Below, in pieces: positions 19,316 through 29,280 of a stretch of DNA of 64,000 nt (the stretch's first letter is position 1; the number at the start of each line of letters is the position of its first letter). Source of the DNA: Acidobacteriota bacterium (GTDB lineage Bacteria > Acidobacteriota > UBA890 > WLXD01); NCBI GenBank assembly GCA_963666055.2, contig CAXWPH010000014.1, forward strand, positions 64,001-128,000, in the 5' to 3' direction. The notes under the pieces were generated by a model. That model saw only the letters and a list, made by a program, of their open reading frames with translations. It was not told the DNA's origin and ran no database searches. Made by a program: the position numbers and the translations under genes.

Positions 19316-21997
19316 TCACCCTCCGATTGCGGAGAGGCGCTCTTCGAGTCGCTGCCGCTCGGCGATTAGCTCGGCCTGTCGATGCCGCGCCTTCGCCACC
19401 ACCTCTTCCGGCGCCTTGGCCAGGAAGCCCCGGTTGGTCAGCCGCCCGTCGATCCCCGCGAGCTCACCCACGGCCCGGTCCAGCACCTTCTTGAGGCGCG
19501 CTCGCTCGCGATCGAGATCGACATCGTCGAGCGGAATCAGTACCTGGATGTCACCGATCACACCAACGACGCGTTCAACGACCGGATCGTCATCAGCAAC
19601 GATGCGAACCTCCTTGCAGCCCGCCAAGCTGCGAACCAACGACTCCGCCGCTGCGAGCTCCAAGCGACGATCTTCGGACTCCGCGATCAGCACGAGCGGA
19701 ATCTTCTTCCTTGGCTCGACGCCGATCTCGGCGCGTAGACGGCGCACCTCTGTGACGACACCCTGCAACGTACGCACGGCCGCTTCCACTTCGTCGTCGC
19801 GCCACTCATCTTGAGCCGCAGCGAATGGCGCGAGTGCCAGTAGATCTCGATCTCCCGGCAGCCGGCTCCAGAGCTCCTCGGTAAGAAACGGCATCACGGG
19901 ATGGAGCGCGCGCAGCACGATCTCGAGCGTCGCCAGCAGGGTCGCCCGCGTCTCGCGTCGAGCGTGAGGCTGGTCACCGTTGAGTGCCACCTTCGCCATC
20001 TCAAGGTACCAGTCGCAGAACTCGTGCCAGATGAACTGATAGAGCCCTTGTGCCGCCTCATCGAACCGGAACTTGGACATATCGCGCTCGAAGCGCTCCA
20101 CGACGGTGACGATGCGCGACAGGATCCAACGATCCGGCAAGCTCGTGGCGCTCGGATCCGCGGCATCGGCGCTCGCTTGCAACGCCTCTGCGCGGTCACC
20201 GAGATTCATCAAGCTGAAGCGCGTCGCGTTCCACAATTTGTTGGCAAAGGCGCGATATCCGGCAACACGCTCCTCGGAAAAGATGAGATCGGTGCCAGGC
20301 GTCGCCGACGCCACGAGCATGAAGCGCAACGCGTCGGCACCGTACTTGTCGACGATCTCCTGCGGATCAACGCCGTTGCCACGCGATTTGCTCATCTTGA
20401 CGCCGTCGGCGTCGCGGATCAGCCCGTGCAGGAACACCTCCTTGAACGGCGACTCGCCCCGAAAATGAAGCCCCATCATCAGCATGCGAGCGACCCAGAA
20501 GAAGAGGATATCGTAGCCGGTGACCAGCACGTCGGTCGGGTAGTAACGGCGGAGATCGACGGTGTCCTCAGGCCAGCCCAAGGTAGAGAACGGAAAGAGC
20601 CCCGAGGAGAACCAGGTGTCTAGAACATCCGGATCCTGGCGCAGACCGAGGGCCGGATCGGGCTCCTCGAGCGTGACGATGATCTCGCCGGTAGCATCAT
20701 TGTGCCAGGCTGGGATGCGATGGCCCCACCAAAGCTGACGCGAGATACACCAGTCGCGGATGTTGGTCATCCATTCGCGAAACACTTTGAACTGGCTCTC
20801 GGGGTGAAATCGTACCCGGCCGTCTTCCGCCGCCGCCAGCGCCGCCTCGGCAAGCGGCGCGGTCTTGACGAACCACTGGGTCGATATCTGTGGCTCGATG
20901 ACGGCCCCGCTGCGCTCGCTGTGCCCCACAGCGTGCTTGTGGGCGCGCTCGCCCATCAGCAGCGAGCGCTCCCGCAGATGCTCTAGGACTAGTTCACGAG
21001 CCTCGAAGCGGTCCAACCCCTCATAGGGACCGGTGTTATCGGTCATGCGGCCGTCGAAGCCGATGACCTGAATGCTTTCAAGCTCGTTACGCTTACCGAT
21101 CTCGTAATCGTTCGGATCGTGGGCTGGTGTTACTTTCACCACTCCTGTACCGAACTCCGGATCGACGGCCTCGTCCGCAATGACCCGAATCTCGCGGCCG
21201 AGCAGCGGTAGCACAGCGGTGCGACCGACGACGGCGGCATAGCGAGTATCGTTGGGGTGGACCGCCAACGCGGTGTCGCCGAGCATAGTCTCTGGCCGTG
21301 TCGTCTCGACCTCCAGCCAGTCGCGTCCCTCTCCCTCGGGGTCGGGTGTCAGCGGGTAGCGGATCTTCCATAGCTTCCCGTCGACCTCTTCGTGCTTGAC
21401 CTCGAGATCGGAGATCGCCGTCTGGTCGTGCGGACACCAGTTGACCATGTACTCGCCGCGATAAATGAAACCCTGTTCGTAGAGGTCTACGAACGCCCTC
21501 CGTACGGCCTTCGACATGTCTGGATCCAGGGTGAAACGTAATCGCGACCAGTCCACCGAGAGTCCCAGGCTCCGCATTTGATCGAGAATCCTGCCCCCGT
21601 GCTGCTCCCTCCACTCCCAGACACGCCTCTCGAACGCCTCGCGTCCGATCGAGCGGCGCTCGATCCCTTCACTCAGCAATGCCTTCTCGACGACGTTTTG
21701 GGTGGCGATGCCCGCATGATCGGTACCCGGAAGCCAGAGCACGTCGAGCCCGTGCATACGCTTCCATCGCGCCATGACGTCCTGAAGAGTCTGATCGAGC
21801 GCGTGCCCCAGATGCAGCGCCCCGGTAACATTGGGCGGCGGTATCACCATCGAGAATTTGGCCGCGCCGGAGTGAGGATCGGCGCGGCCGATCTCCGCCT
21901 CCTCCCAAGCAGCCCGCCAGCGCTCTTCGACCGCCTCAGGTTCGAAGCCCGTCGGCATGTCTTCGCTGGTCGACGGTGCAGATATGCTGTCGTCCAT
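19316..21997 (-). CDS. valS: Valine--tRNA ligase
   Basis: PPPNVTGALHLGH, DWCISRQLWWGH, KMSKS, C-terminal coiled coil. Confidence 0.97.
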   Translation of the reverse strand: MDDSISAPSTSEDMPTGFEPEAVEERWRAAWEEAEIGRADPHSGAAKFSMVIPPPNVTGALHLGHALDQTLQDVMARWKRMHGLDVLWLPGTDHAGIATQNVVEKALLSEGIERRSIGREAFERRVWEWREQHGGRILDQMRSLGLSVDWSRLRFTLDPDMSKAVRRAFVDLYEQGFIYRGEYMVNWCPHDQTAISDLEVKHEEVDGKLWKIRYPLTPDPEGEGRDWLEVETTRPETMLGDTALAVHPNDTRYAAVVGRTAVLPLLGREIRVIADEAVDPEFGTGVVKVTPAHDPNDYEIGKRNELESIQVIGFDGRMTDNTGPYEGLDRFEARELVLEHLRERSLLMGERAHKHAVGHSERSGAVIEPQISTQWFVKTAPLAEAALAAAEDGRVRFHPESQFKVFREWMTNIRDWCISRQLWWGHRIPAWHNDATGEIIVTLEEPDPALGLRQDPDVLDTWFSSGLFPFSTLGWPEDTVDLRRYYPTDVLVTGYDILFFWVARMLMMGLHFRGESPFKEVFLHGLIRDADGVKMSKSRGNGVDPQEIVDKYGADALRFMLVASATPGTDLIFSEERVAGYRAFANKLWNATRFSLMNLGDRAEALQASADAADPSATSLPDRWILSRIVTVVERFERDMSKFRFDEAAQGLYQFIWHEFCDWYLEMAKVALNGDQPHARRETRATLLATLEIVLRALHPVMPFLTEELWSRLPGDRDLLALAPFAAAQDEWRDDEVEAAVRTLQGVVTEVRRLRAEIGVEPRKKIPLVLIAESEDRRLELAAAESLVRSLAGCKEVRIVADDDPVVERVVGVIGDIQVLIPLDDVDLDRERARLKKVLDRAVGELAGIDGRLTNRGFLAKAPEEVVAKARHRQAELIAERQRLEERLSAIGG

Positions 21998-22179
21998 GAA
22001 TCTCGATCGAGGGTCGGTCGGGGGAAACCGCCTGGAAATATGCAAGCTTGGGCCTGGCAGGCCGTACCGGCGATTCAAGTGAGAGGCAATCAAAACGCGA
22101 CGTCGACGACCTGTCAATGTACCCACAGCGGCTCCACCTGGGCAGGCCAGCAGCCGCCGAGCCCCCTATAATCCGGCCG

Positions 22180-22971
22180 ATGGCGATCGCCAAGAAGAAA
22201 TGGGGGCAGCACTGGCTGGCGAACGACGCCTTGGCCGAGACTCTCGCGACGGTGGTCAACGCGCGTCCCGGCGAGACCTTCCTCGAGATCGGCCCCGGAA
22301 CCGGGCGCCTCACCGGCGCGTTACTGCGCCGCCATGCGAGGGTGGTCGCGGTCGAAATTGACCCGGAATGCTGCGAAGAGCTGCGGCAGCTCTACGCTGG
22401 CGCGGCCCTCACCTTGATTCAGGGCGACGCGCTGGTGCTCGATAAGGACTTGCCGTGGCAGACGAAGCCGCTACGGCTGATTGGGAACCTACCCTACAAC
22501 CTCAGTGGGCCCTTCTTGCGGTGGACGGCAACGCATCGGACCGACATCGTTGATGCGCACTACATGCTGCAACGTGAGGTCGCCGAGCGTACCGCAAGTC
22601 CGCCGGGAACCAAGTCCTACGGTGTGATGTCTGTGCGTACGCAATGGGAGTTCGAGGTCGACGTGGTCAAGCGTCTGACCGCCGGCTCCTTCCGCCCGAT
22701 GCCGAAAGTCGATTCGGCCTTCGTGCGACTGACCCCGCGCCCCCTCTCGGAGGCACCGAAACCTTCGGTGCACGAGATACGAACGCTGCAAGCGGGGTTC
22801 GCTCATCGACGCAAGACACTCGTAAACGGGCTGGTGCACGCCGGTTGGAACGCCGAGGTGGTCGCCAACGCATGCCTTCAGATCAGCCTACGGAGCGGTG
22901 CGCGCGCTGAAACCCTCCTACCCCACCAGTGGCGCCGGCTCGCCGCAACGCTGCCGTCCCTGCCGCGATGA
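22180..22971 (+). CDS. rsmA: 16S rRNA adenine dimethyltransferase
   Basis: KKKWGQHWL, EIGPGTG, NLPYN, MLQREVAER, PKVDS, RRKTL; TATAAT 7 nt before ATG 22180. Confidence 0.95.
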   Translation: MAIAKKKWGQHWLANDALAETLATVVNARPGETFLEIGPGTGRLTGALLRRHARVVAVEIDPECCEELRQLYAGAALTLIQGDALVLDKDLPWQTKPLRLIGNLPYNLSGPFLRWTATHRTDIVDAHYMLQREVAERTASPPGTKSYGVMSVRTQWEFEVDVVKRLTAGSFRPMPKVDSAFVRLTPRPLSEAPKPSVHEIRTLQAGFAHRRKTLVNGLVHAGWNAEVVANACLQISLRSGARAETLLPHQWRRLAATLPSLPR

Positions 22972-23774
22972 GCGCTACCGGGCCGACGTTCGGCACCGCT
23001 ATCCTCCTCGGAATCCTCCAGGGCCTGACCGAGTTTCTGCCGATATCGAGCAGCGGTCACCTGGGAGCCGCACAACTGCTGTTCCCCGACAGGGCGTATC
23101 CCGGCGTCACCCTCGAGCTTGCCACCCATCTGGGAACCACGATCGCGGTACTGGTCTACTATCGTGAACTGGTTTCAGGCTTGCTCCGTCACCGGCCTGG
23201 GGCGGCGCTGCTGGGCATCGAGCGCCCGCAGTGGTGGCTACTGCTGTTGGTGGGCAGCCTGCCGACCGCCATCCTCGGGTTGTTGTTACGCGACGCCGTC
23301 TATGCAGCGTTCGGCAGCCTGTACGCGATCGCCCTGGGCTTGGTAGTGTCCGGTGCGTTCTTGATGGCCTCGCGTCTGCAACCCCGCGCCGATCGACAGA
23401 TCACCTGGAGAACTGCCCTATTGATAGGCGCCGTGCAAGGGCTCGCTGTCTTCCCCGGCTTTTCGCGCTCCGGCTTGACCATCAGCGTGGCGCTGCTGGC
23501 CAAGGTGCGGCCGGCTCAGGCCGTCACCTTCTCGTTGCTCCTGTCAGTCCCAGCGATCTTGGGAGCATCAGTGCTCGATGCTGTGCAATTGAGTCTCTCA
23601 TCGGTCCCCGCCGCGCTCTTGTTCAGCCATCTACTGTTTGCTATCCTTGCGGCCGGGCTCGTTGGTTACTTTTGCATCGGGCTCGTTCACCGCGCTACCC
23701 GGGCTGGCTGGTGGTACCGTTTCGCATGGTATTGCTGGTTCGGAGCGCTGGTGTTGCTCGCGGCCGCGCGGTAG
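22968..23774 (+). CDS. uppP: Undecaprenyl-diphosphate phosphatase
   Basis: QGLTEFLPISSSGH and PGFSRSG motifs. Confidence 0.95.
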   Translation: MSATGPTFGTAILLGILQGLTEFLPISSSGHLGAAQLLFPDRAYPGVTLELATHLGTTIAVLVYYRELVSGLLRHRPGAALLGIERPQWWLLLLVGSLPTAILGLLLRDAVYAAFGSLYAIALGLVVSGAFLMASRLQPRADRQITWRTALLIGAVQGLAVFPGFSRSGLTISVALLAKVRPAQAVTFSLLLSVPAILGASVLDAVQLSLSSVPAALLFSHLLFAILAAGLVGYFCIGLVHRATRAGWWYRFAWYCWFGALVLLAAAR

Positions 23775-23820
23775 GGGCGAAAGCCGGCCGAGACCGACGT
23801 ACTGACATCGAGGTCAGACA

Positions 23821-26229
23821 TTGGCTCGGACAGGCAGGGCTCAGGCACAAACGGCTCGCGCTAACACGGCCCGCAAGCGAGTGACTCGGAAAGCGCGTCG
23901 ATCCCGCGCCAGAAGCCGGCATCCGAGCCACCGCGGCGAGTTCCTCGGCATGATCGTGCTTGCAGCAACCGCTTTTCTGCTCGTGTCGCTGTACTCATAC
24001 GACGCCGCCGACGGGGACCTCTTCATCCACATCGCCGGCGACCCGCCCAAGAACCTCGGCGGCACCGTCGGCGCCACGATCGCCGCGCTCGCTTTCCAGA
24101 TGTTGGGCATCGGCGCGTGGGTCGGAGTGGCGACTTGCGGAACCCTGGGCTGGTGTCGCATTCGAGGGGAGCACATCCCCGCGGTGATCACCAAGACCAT
24201 CGGGTTGTTCACATTCATCGGCTTCGGTTGCATTCTGGCGCATTACGGACTCGGGGATGTTGGGCTCGGTGGGCGCCCCTCGCCCGCCGGCGGGCTACTC
24301 GGCGTATCTGGTGGCCATACGTTGCAGGGGGCGTTCGGATCGGTTGGGGGTCCACTGGTGGCCGCCACGGCGTCGCTGTTGGCGCTGATCGCCGTCACCA
24401 AGCTATCGCTCGCCCGCGGCACTGCCATGCTGTGGTCGACATGTACGGCCCGCATCAGGCAGGGGCGTACGACAACAGCGCGCTGGCGGGAACGGCGCCG
24501 CAAGACGCGCCAGCGGCGCACAGTGATCAAGAAGTACGCCGCCCGGCACGCCGAAAAAGAGACCGAGACAAAATCGACAGCCGTTGAGCCAGGTGCTCTG
24601 CTGACATTGCGCGTGCCGGTCAATGCCACCCGCCTCGGAGCTCCCCTTCCCGGGCTCTTGCTCGAACCCGATGTGGGGCTTGAAGCCGACGACGACGCCG
24701 GCATGCCGCGGATCGAGCTCACCGAGCCCTACGCACCCGCACCGCTGCCGTTCGAACAGCCGGCCGGCCCTGATGGCGACTACGCGCTGCCGGAAACCGA
24801 CCTGCTGCGACAGCCTGAAGTCGGCCAGGTAATCGACCAGAAAGAGCTGATGGAGAAGGCCAAGACCATCACCTCCAAGGCGGCCGAGTTCCGCGTAACC
24901 GGCGAGGTGGTAGCGATCCATCCGGGGCCGGTGGTAGCCACTTTCGAGTTCCGGCCCGGCACCGGCGTCAAGTACAGCCGCATCACCAACCTTGAAGAGG
25001 ACCTCAGCCTAGCGCTCAAGGCGGAGTCGATCCGTATCGCCCGTCTGCCCGGCAAGGCCACTGTCGGCATTGAGGTGCCCAACAGCGACCGCGCCGTGAT
25101 CGGTTTTCGCGACATCATCGAGTCCGCCGAGTTCCAGGGTTCCAAGTCAAAGCTAACGTTAGCGCTCGGCAAGCAGATCCACGGTGAGACGACGGTCACC
25201 GACCTCGCACGCATGCCGCATCTGCTCATCGCCGGCACCACCGGTGCCGGAAAGAGCGTGGCACTCAACTGCATGCTGTTGAGCCTGCTCTACAAAGCCA
25301 CGCCCGACGAAGTAAAGGTCGTGCTGATCGACCCCAAACGCCTGGAATTCGGTCTCTACAAGGACATCCCGCATCTGCTCACGCCCGTCGTTGTCGAGCC
25401 GAAGTTAGCCGCCAACGCCCTGAGCTGGTCTGTGCGCGAGATGGAGCGACGCTACAAGCTGCTGGCCGAGTACGGCGTACGGAACATCGATCAGTTCAAC
25501 CTGATTCTCAAGCGCGGCGGACGGGAGCTAGGCGACATAGACAAGGCTGCCGAAGAGCTCAAGCCGCTTCCCTACATCGTGGTCATTATCGACGAGCTCG
25601 CCGATCTCATGATGACCTCTTCGAACGTTGTAGAGGAAGCGATCATCCGACTGTCGCAAATGGCGCGAGCGGTCGGCATTCACCTTATCCTGGCTACTCA
25701 GAGACCCTCGGTTGACGTGCTCACCGGCGTCATCAAGAACAACCTGCCGGCGAGAATAAGCTTCCGCGTCGCTTCGCGGGTCGACTCACGAGTGATTCTC
25801 GACACGCACGGGGCGGAGACCTTGCTCGGTCGCGGCGACATGCTGTTCCTGGCGCCCGGAACGTCGCGACTGTCTCGAGTACACGCCGCTTTCGTTACCG
25901 AGCAGGAGGTGAATTCGGTAGTCGCCTTCTGGCGCGATCAAGCGCGTCCGGCCTACTCGGCTAAGGTCACCGAGGCGCCCCCGGAGTCGGCTGGCAGGGG
26001 CAAGGGCGCAGACCCGTCGGCGCGCGACGAGTTCTTCGCCGACGCCGTGCGCGTCGTGGTAAACGCGGGCGAGGCCTCAGTCTCCAACATTCAGCGCAAG
26101 CTCAGCCTCGGATACGCGCGCGCTGGTCGCATCATGGACATGATGGAAGAAGAAGGAATCGTCGGGCCGCCGAGTGGCTCGAAGGCCCGAAGGGTGCTGG
26201 TGGACTCGAGCTACCTGACGTCGCTGTAG
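23821..26229 (+). CDS. ftsK: DNA translocase FtsK
   Basis: N-terminal 4TM domain, HLLIAGTTGAGKS, IDELADLM, ATQRPSVDV, gamma domain GYARAGR. Confidence 0.96.
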   Translation: MARTGRAQAQTARANTARKRVTRKARRSRARSRHPSHRGEFLGMIVLAATAFLLVSLYSYDAADGDLFIHIAGDPPKNLGGTVGATIAALAFQMLGIGAWVGVATCGTLGWCRIRGEHIPAVITKTIGLFTFIGFGCILAHYGLGDVGLGGRPSPAGGLLGVSGGHTLQGAFGSVGGPLVAATASLLALIAVTKLSLARGTAMLWSTCTARIRQGRTTTARWRERRRKTRQRRTVIKKYAARHAEKETETKSTAVEPGALLTLRVPVNATRLGAPLPGLLLEPDVGLEADDDAGMPRIELTEPYAPAPLPFEQPAGPDGDYALPETDLLRQPEVGQVIDQKELMEKAKTITSKAAEFRVTGEVVAIHPGPVVATFEFRPGTGVKYSRITNLEEDLSLALKAESIRIARLPGKATVGIEVPNSDRAVIGFRDIIESAEFQGSKSKLTLALGKQIHGETTVTDLARMPHLLIAGTTGAGKSVALNCMLLSLLYKATPDEVKVVLIDPKRLEFGLYKDIPHLLTPVVVEPKLAANALSWSVREMERRYKLLAEYGVRNIDQFNLILKRGGRELGDIDKAAEELKPLPYIVVIIDELADLMMTSSNVVEEAIIRLSQMARAVGIHLILATQRPSVDVLTGVIKNNLPARISFRVASRVDSRVILDTHGAETLLGRGDMLFLAPGTSRLSRVHAAFVTEQEVNSVVAFWRDQARPAYSAKVTEAPPESAGRGKGADPSARDEFFADAVRVVVNAGEASVSNIQRKLSLGYARAGRIMDMMEEEGIVGPPSGSKARRVLVDSSYLTSL

Positions 26230-26308
26230 TGGCCTTGGCGACAGGGTCTTGCCAGCTCTCCGCCACGACAATCTTCGCGCTTTCAAAGCAACGGTCGATA
26301 GCGGCCGA

Positions 26309-26749
26309 TCAGCTGTCGCCACTTTCGGCGGACAGGTTCTTCACCAACGAGATGCACGTGCCCCCACCGTCCGGGAACGAGAAGCGCACCTCGTCCATGA
26401 ACTGGCGCATGAGGTAAACGCCGCGACCGCCTTCGCTGAGCAGGTTCTCTGCCGACAAGGGGTCGCCCAGCGTGCCGGGGTCGAAGCCCTCGCCCTGATC
26501 GCACACCGATATCTCGACGCGTCCCTCGCCGAGCCGATAGTCGACGCTGACGGAGGTATCAGGGCGCTCCTTGTTGCCGTGCAGGACGGCATTCATCACC
26601 GCCTCCCGCACCGCCAGGACCGGCCAGTACGCCTGCTCGTCGTCGAACCCCGCCATCGCGAAGATGCGCTCGGAGAGCGCCTGCAGCGGATCGATCCACT
26701 CGCGCCGACTCCCGCATCGGACTGTCACGTTCATTTCCTTGACCGCCAT
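26309..26749 (-). CDS. RsbW/SpoIIAB-like anti-sigma factor or Ser/Thr kinase (HATPase_c)
   Basis: EAVMNAVLHGN (N box), DQGEGFD (G1), GGRG (G2), FMDEV. Confidence 0.85.
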   Translation of the reverse strand: MAVKEMNVTVRCGSRREWIDPLQALSERIFAMAGFDDEQAYWPVLAVREAVMNAVLHGNKERPDTSVSVDYRLGEGRVEISVCDQGEGFDPGTLGDPLSAENLLSEGGRGVYLMRQFMDEVRFSFPDGGGTCISLVKNLSAESGDS

Positions 26750-26754
26750 TGGCC

Positions 26755-28986
26755 TCAGGTCTCCGTTGGTGAGCGCTCGGCGCTACCGGGATCGCCGACA
26801 ACCACAACGACCTTCCCGGCGCTACGATTCAGCGCCGTGTCGGTCACCTGAACGACCACCGTATGCTCGCCGGGGGCGAGGTCTCCGATGCTGAATTCAA
26901 TACCCTCGATGGCTGAATCGGCCGCACCATCGGCGGGCAATACTGTATGCCAAACTGCCCCGTCTACAGAATATCGGAGCTGCCGCAGAAGCGATGTGGC
27001 ATCGTGAACGCGCCCGGAAACGCGCACCTCGTTGCCATCGATCATAGCGCTCAACGCATCGAACACCGGCGCCGTGTTGTCGACCATGAAGGGTGATGAA
27101 GTCGCGCTCCCCGACTTGGCCAAAGCCGGCGGGTTGGATGGGCGATCGCTCGCCGATACGCGCACCGCATACCTGCCGTCGGCCAGACGGGCTGTATCGA
27201 ACGTGAACTGCGTTGTGTCGAGCTGCTCGGCAAGCGGTTTCCAGATGGCTTCCTCCTCGCCGCGGAACTCGAGGGTGTATTCGAGCCCATCACCGTTGGG
27301 ATCGCTCGCTTCCCAGGTGAAGGTGCGCAAGCCGTGCATGTAAAGCGGCCGACCGAGGAACGGACGCGCGGCGCTGGCGGAAGCCGAAGAATCCATGGCG
27401 CGAAGCGCCTCGGCCACAGACGATGGGATCTGCGCAAAGGGCAGGCCGTCCTCGAATGCGGCGGTCTGGCGATAGATCACTCCGGCCGGATGAACCCGAA
27501 GTGCGTCGAGCCTAGGGGGGAGATTACCCGGAACGTAGGCAATCTCGACGCGATACAACGTCGGTGTCCGCCCGCCGTCGGAAGTCACCAACTCGGCGCG
27601 CCACTGCAGGAAGCGCGCCGCAGGCGAGGCAACCCCACTGGCCTCCGCATCGCCCGGCGAACTCGACCACGCACTCCACGTGTCATCGGGCGTGCCGGTA
27701 TTGCCGCTGCGCGTGTAGAGCCGCACAGCCGTTCCATCCGGAGTCTCGGCCCGCCAACGTAGCGTTCCCCACGTGGACGTCGTGCCGGTGTCCTTGACCT
27801 GCGAAAGGTACTCTCCCTGGGCACGATAGGACGCTCCCAGACGATGTACACGCCCGATGTTGCTGGTCGCGGCCAACGTTACCGAGCTGCTTACTCCCAC
27901 CAACTCCACGACCTGTTCCGCGTCGAGCTGGCTCAACAACGTTGTGCTTCGATCGGCGCGGACGTGGTAGACGCGCCCACCGGGCCCGGTGCCCACAAGC
28001 ACACCGTCCGGTGCCATCGCGAGCGCGTAGACACCCTCGGTAGTGCTCTCCCAGACGGTCTCTGCGAACCCGTCCGCATCAAGCCGATACACCGCTCCCG
28101 ATGCCTTGGCCGACCCGTCCTCGGGAGTAAACAGCGACACACGCCCGCCCAACGGTGCCTCTGCCTCCGAACCCGTGTTGTCGTCGGCCGGTCCGAACGC
28201 CCCCACCCACACCGACCCATCCCGCAGCAACACGTCGGTGATTTCGGGCAACGGGGCATCATAGAGAACGAACACCTCGCCGGACTCCGAGATACGATAG
28301 ACATAGCCGTTGCCGTCGGTACCGGCGACGATCCCACCGGCAGCGTCGACAGCGACCGTCGTCACATTCGGCTCCGCTGTCTCGTACAAACGCTCTAGCC
28401 GGCCATCGTCGATGCGGATGATGGCTGCGTCTCCGCCAGTAGCCGCGACCAGGCGGCCCTGCGGATCAACCGCCAGATCCCAAACATACGCCACGTCGAG
28501 CTCGGCCCAGGCCTCCAGTTGCTCGTCGCCCGCGTAGGCGTCGGGCACCCGGTATACGGACCCACGCGGTCCCGCCGCCACAAACAGATGTCCGTCGGGC
28601 GCCCAAGCAATCGACTGAACGAATCCCTCGCCAGGGACGGTGAAAAACACCTCGGCCTCGGCATCCGGCCGCACTCGCGTCACGTCCCCCTCTTCACCCG
28701 CAGCGACGAAGATGCTTCTCGCGCCATCGGTCGCAACTCCCCAAACACGCGGCCGATGAGCGTCGAACACCATGTCGATCGATGGTGCCAGGCGGAGAGC
28801 GCCATCCGCCGCAATCGAAACGCCGAGCGGCTCGCCGGCCGAGAAGTCTTTGGCGCCAGCCTGCGACCAGACAGCCGGGCCGCTACTTAGCCCCGTGCCG
28901 GCGATCACCAGCGCCGCCGCAGCAACCCCAGTGGCAATCGTGCTATGCAAGCTTCCTCCATGTCGGGCCCAGGCGCCAAGCACCAC
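26755..28986 (-). CDS. Secreted hypothetical protein, probable beta-propeller plus C-terminal FN3/Ig-like domains
   Basis: Signal-like N-terminus; repeated blade motifs (YVWDLAVDPQGRLVAATG, VYALAMAPDGVLVGTGPGGRVY); ASDPNGD, DGRYAVRVSASD, VDNTAP. Confidence 0.7.
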   Translation of the reverse strand: MVLGAWARHGGSLHSTIATGVAAAALVIAGTGLSSGPAVWSQAGAKDFSAGEPLGVSIAADGALRLAPSIDMVFDAHRPRVWGVATDGARSIFVAAGEEGDVTRVRPDAEAEVFFTVPGEGFVQSIAWAPDGHLFVAAGPRGSVYRVPDAYAGDEQLEAWAELDVAYVWDLAVDPQGRLVAATGGDAAIIRIDDGRLERLYETAEPNVTTVAVDAAGGIVAGTDGNGYVYRISESGEVFVLYDAPLPEITDVLLRDGSVWVGAFGPADDNTGSEAEAPLGGRVSLFTPEDGSAKASGAVYRLDADGFAETVWESTTEGVYALAMAPDGVLVGTGPGGRVYHVRADRSTTLLSQLDAEQVVELVGVSSSVTLAATSNIGRVHRLGASYRAQGEYLSQVKDTGTTSTWGTLRWRAETPDGTAVRLYTRSGNTGTPDDTWSAWSSSPGDAEASGVASPAARFLQWRAELVTSDGGRTPTLYRVEIAYVPGNLPPRLDALRVHPAGVIYRQTAAFEDGLPFAQIPSSVAEALRAMDSSASASAARPFLGRPLYMHGLRTFTWEASDPNGDGLEYTLEFRGEEEAIWKPLAEQLDTTQFTFDTARLADGRYAVRVSASDRPSNPPALAKSGSATSSPFMVDNTAPVFDALSAMIDGNEVRVSGRVHDATSLLRQLRYSVDGAVWHTVLPADGAADSAIEGIEFSIGDLAPGEHTVVVQVTDTALNRSAGKVVVVVGDPGSAERSPTET

Positions 28987-29007
28987 GGCACCTCGCCTAG
29001 TGGCCTA

Positions 29008-29280
29008 GCAGGCCGTGGTGAAAGTGTGGTGGGTCTGGTTACGGCGAGTTGGGGCCAGATGCAAGGCGGCCTGACACTGGCGATGCCCCGGCCATCGTCG
29101 AGGAAGGCCAACGCCGCAAATGGCCCCAAATCGCCGTAACCCTTCGGGCGACACGGGGTTGCGCGCGCATGCTGCGTCGTTCCTCGTCAACGATGGGGTA
29201 ACCATCGCCTCCTCCTCTCTCCTTGCCTCCACTTCGCAAGACCCTGTCGCCAGATCCACCACACTTTCACCACGGCCTGC
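29008..29280. mobile_element. MITE-like structured repeat, copy 2 (273 bp)
   Basis: TIR 30/31, flanked C-TA..TA-G; abuts TAG stop of the S55 gene. Confidence 0.88.

Noticed and set aside
21998-22166. T-box leader upstream of valS (also checked before argS)
   Set aside because: No T-box consensus or terminator seen, and the space is shared with the divergent rsmA promoter
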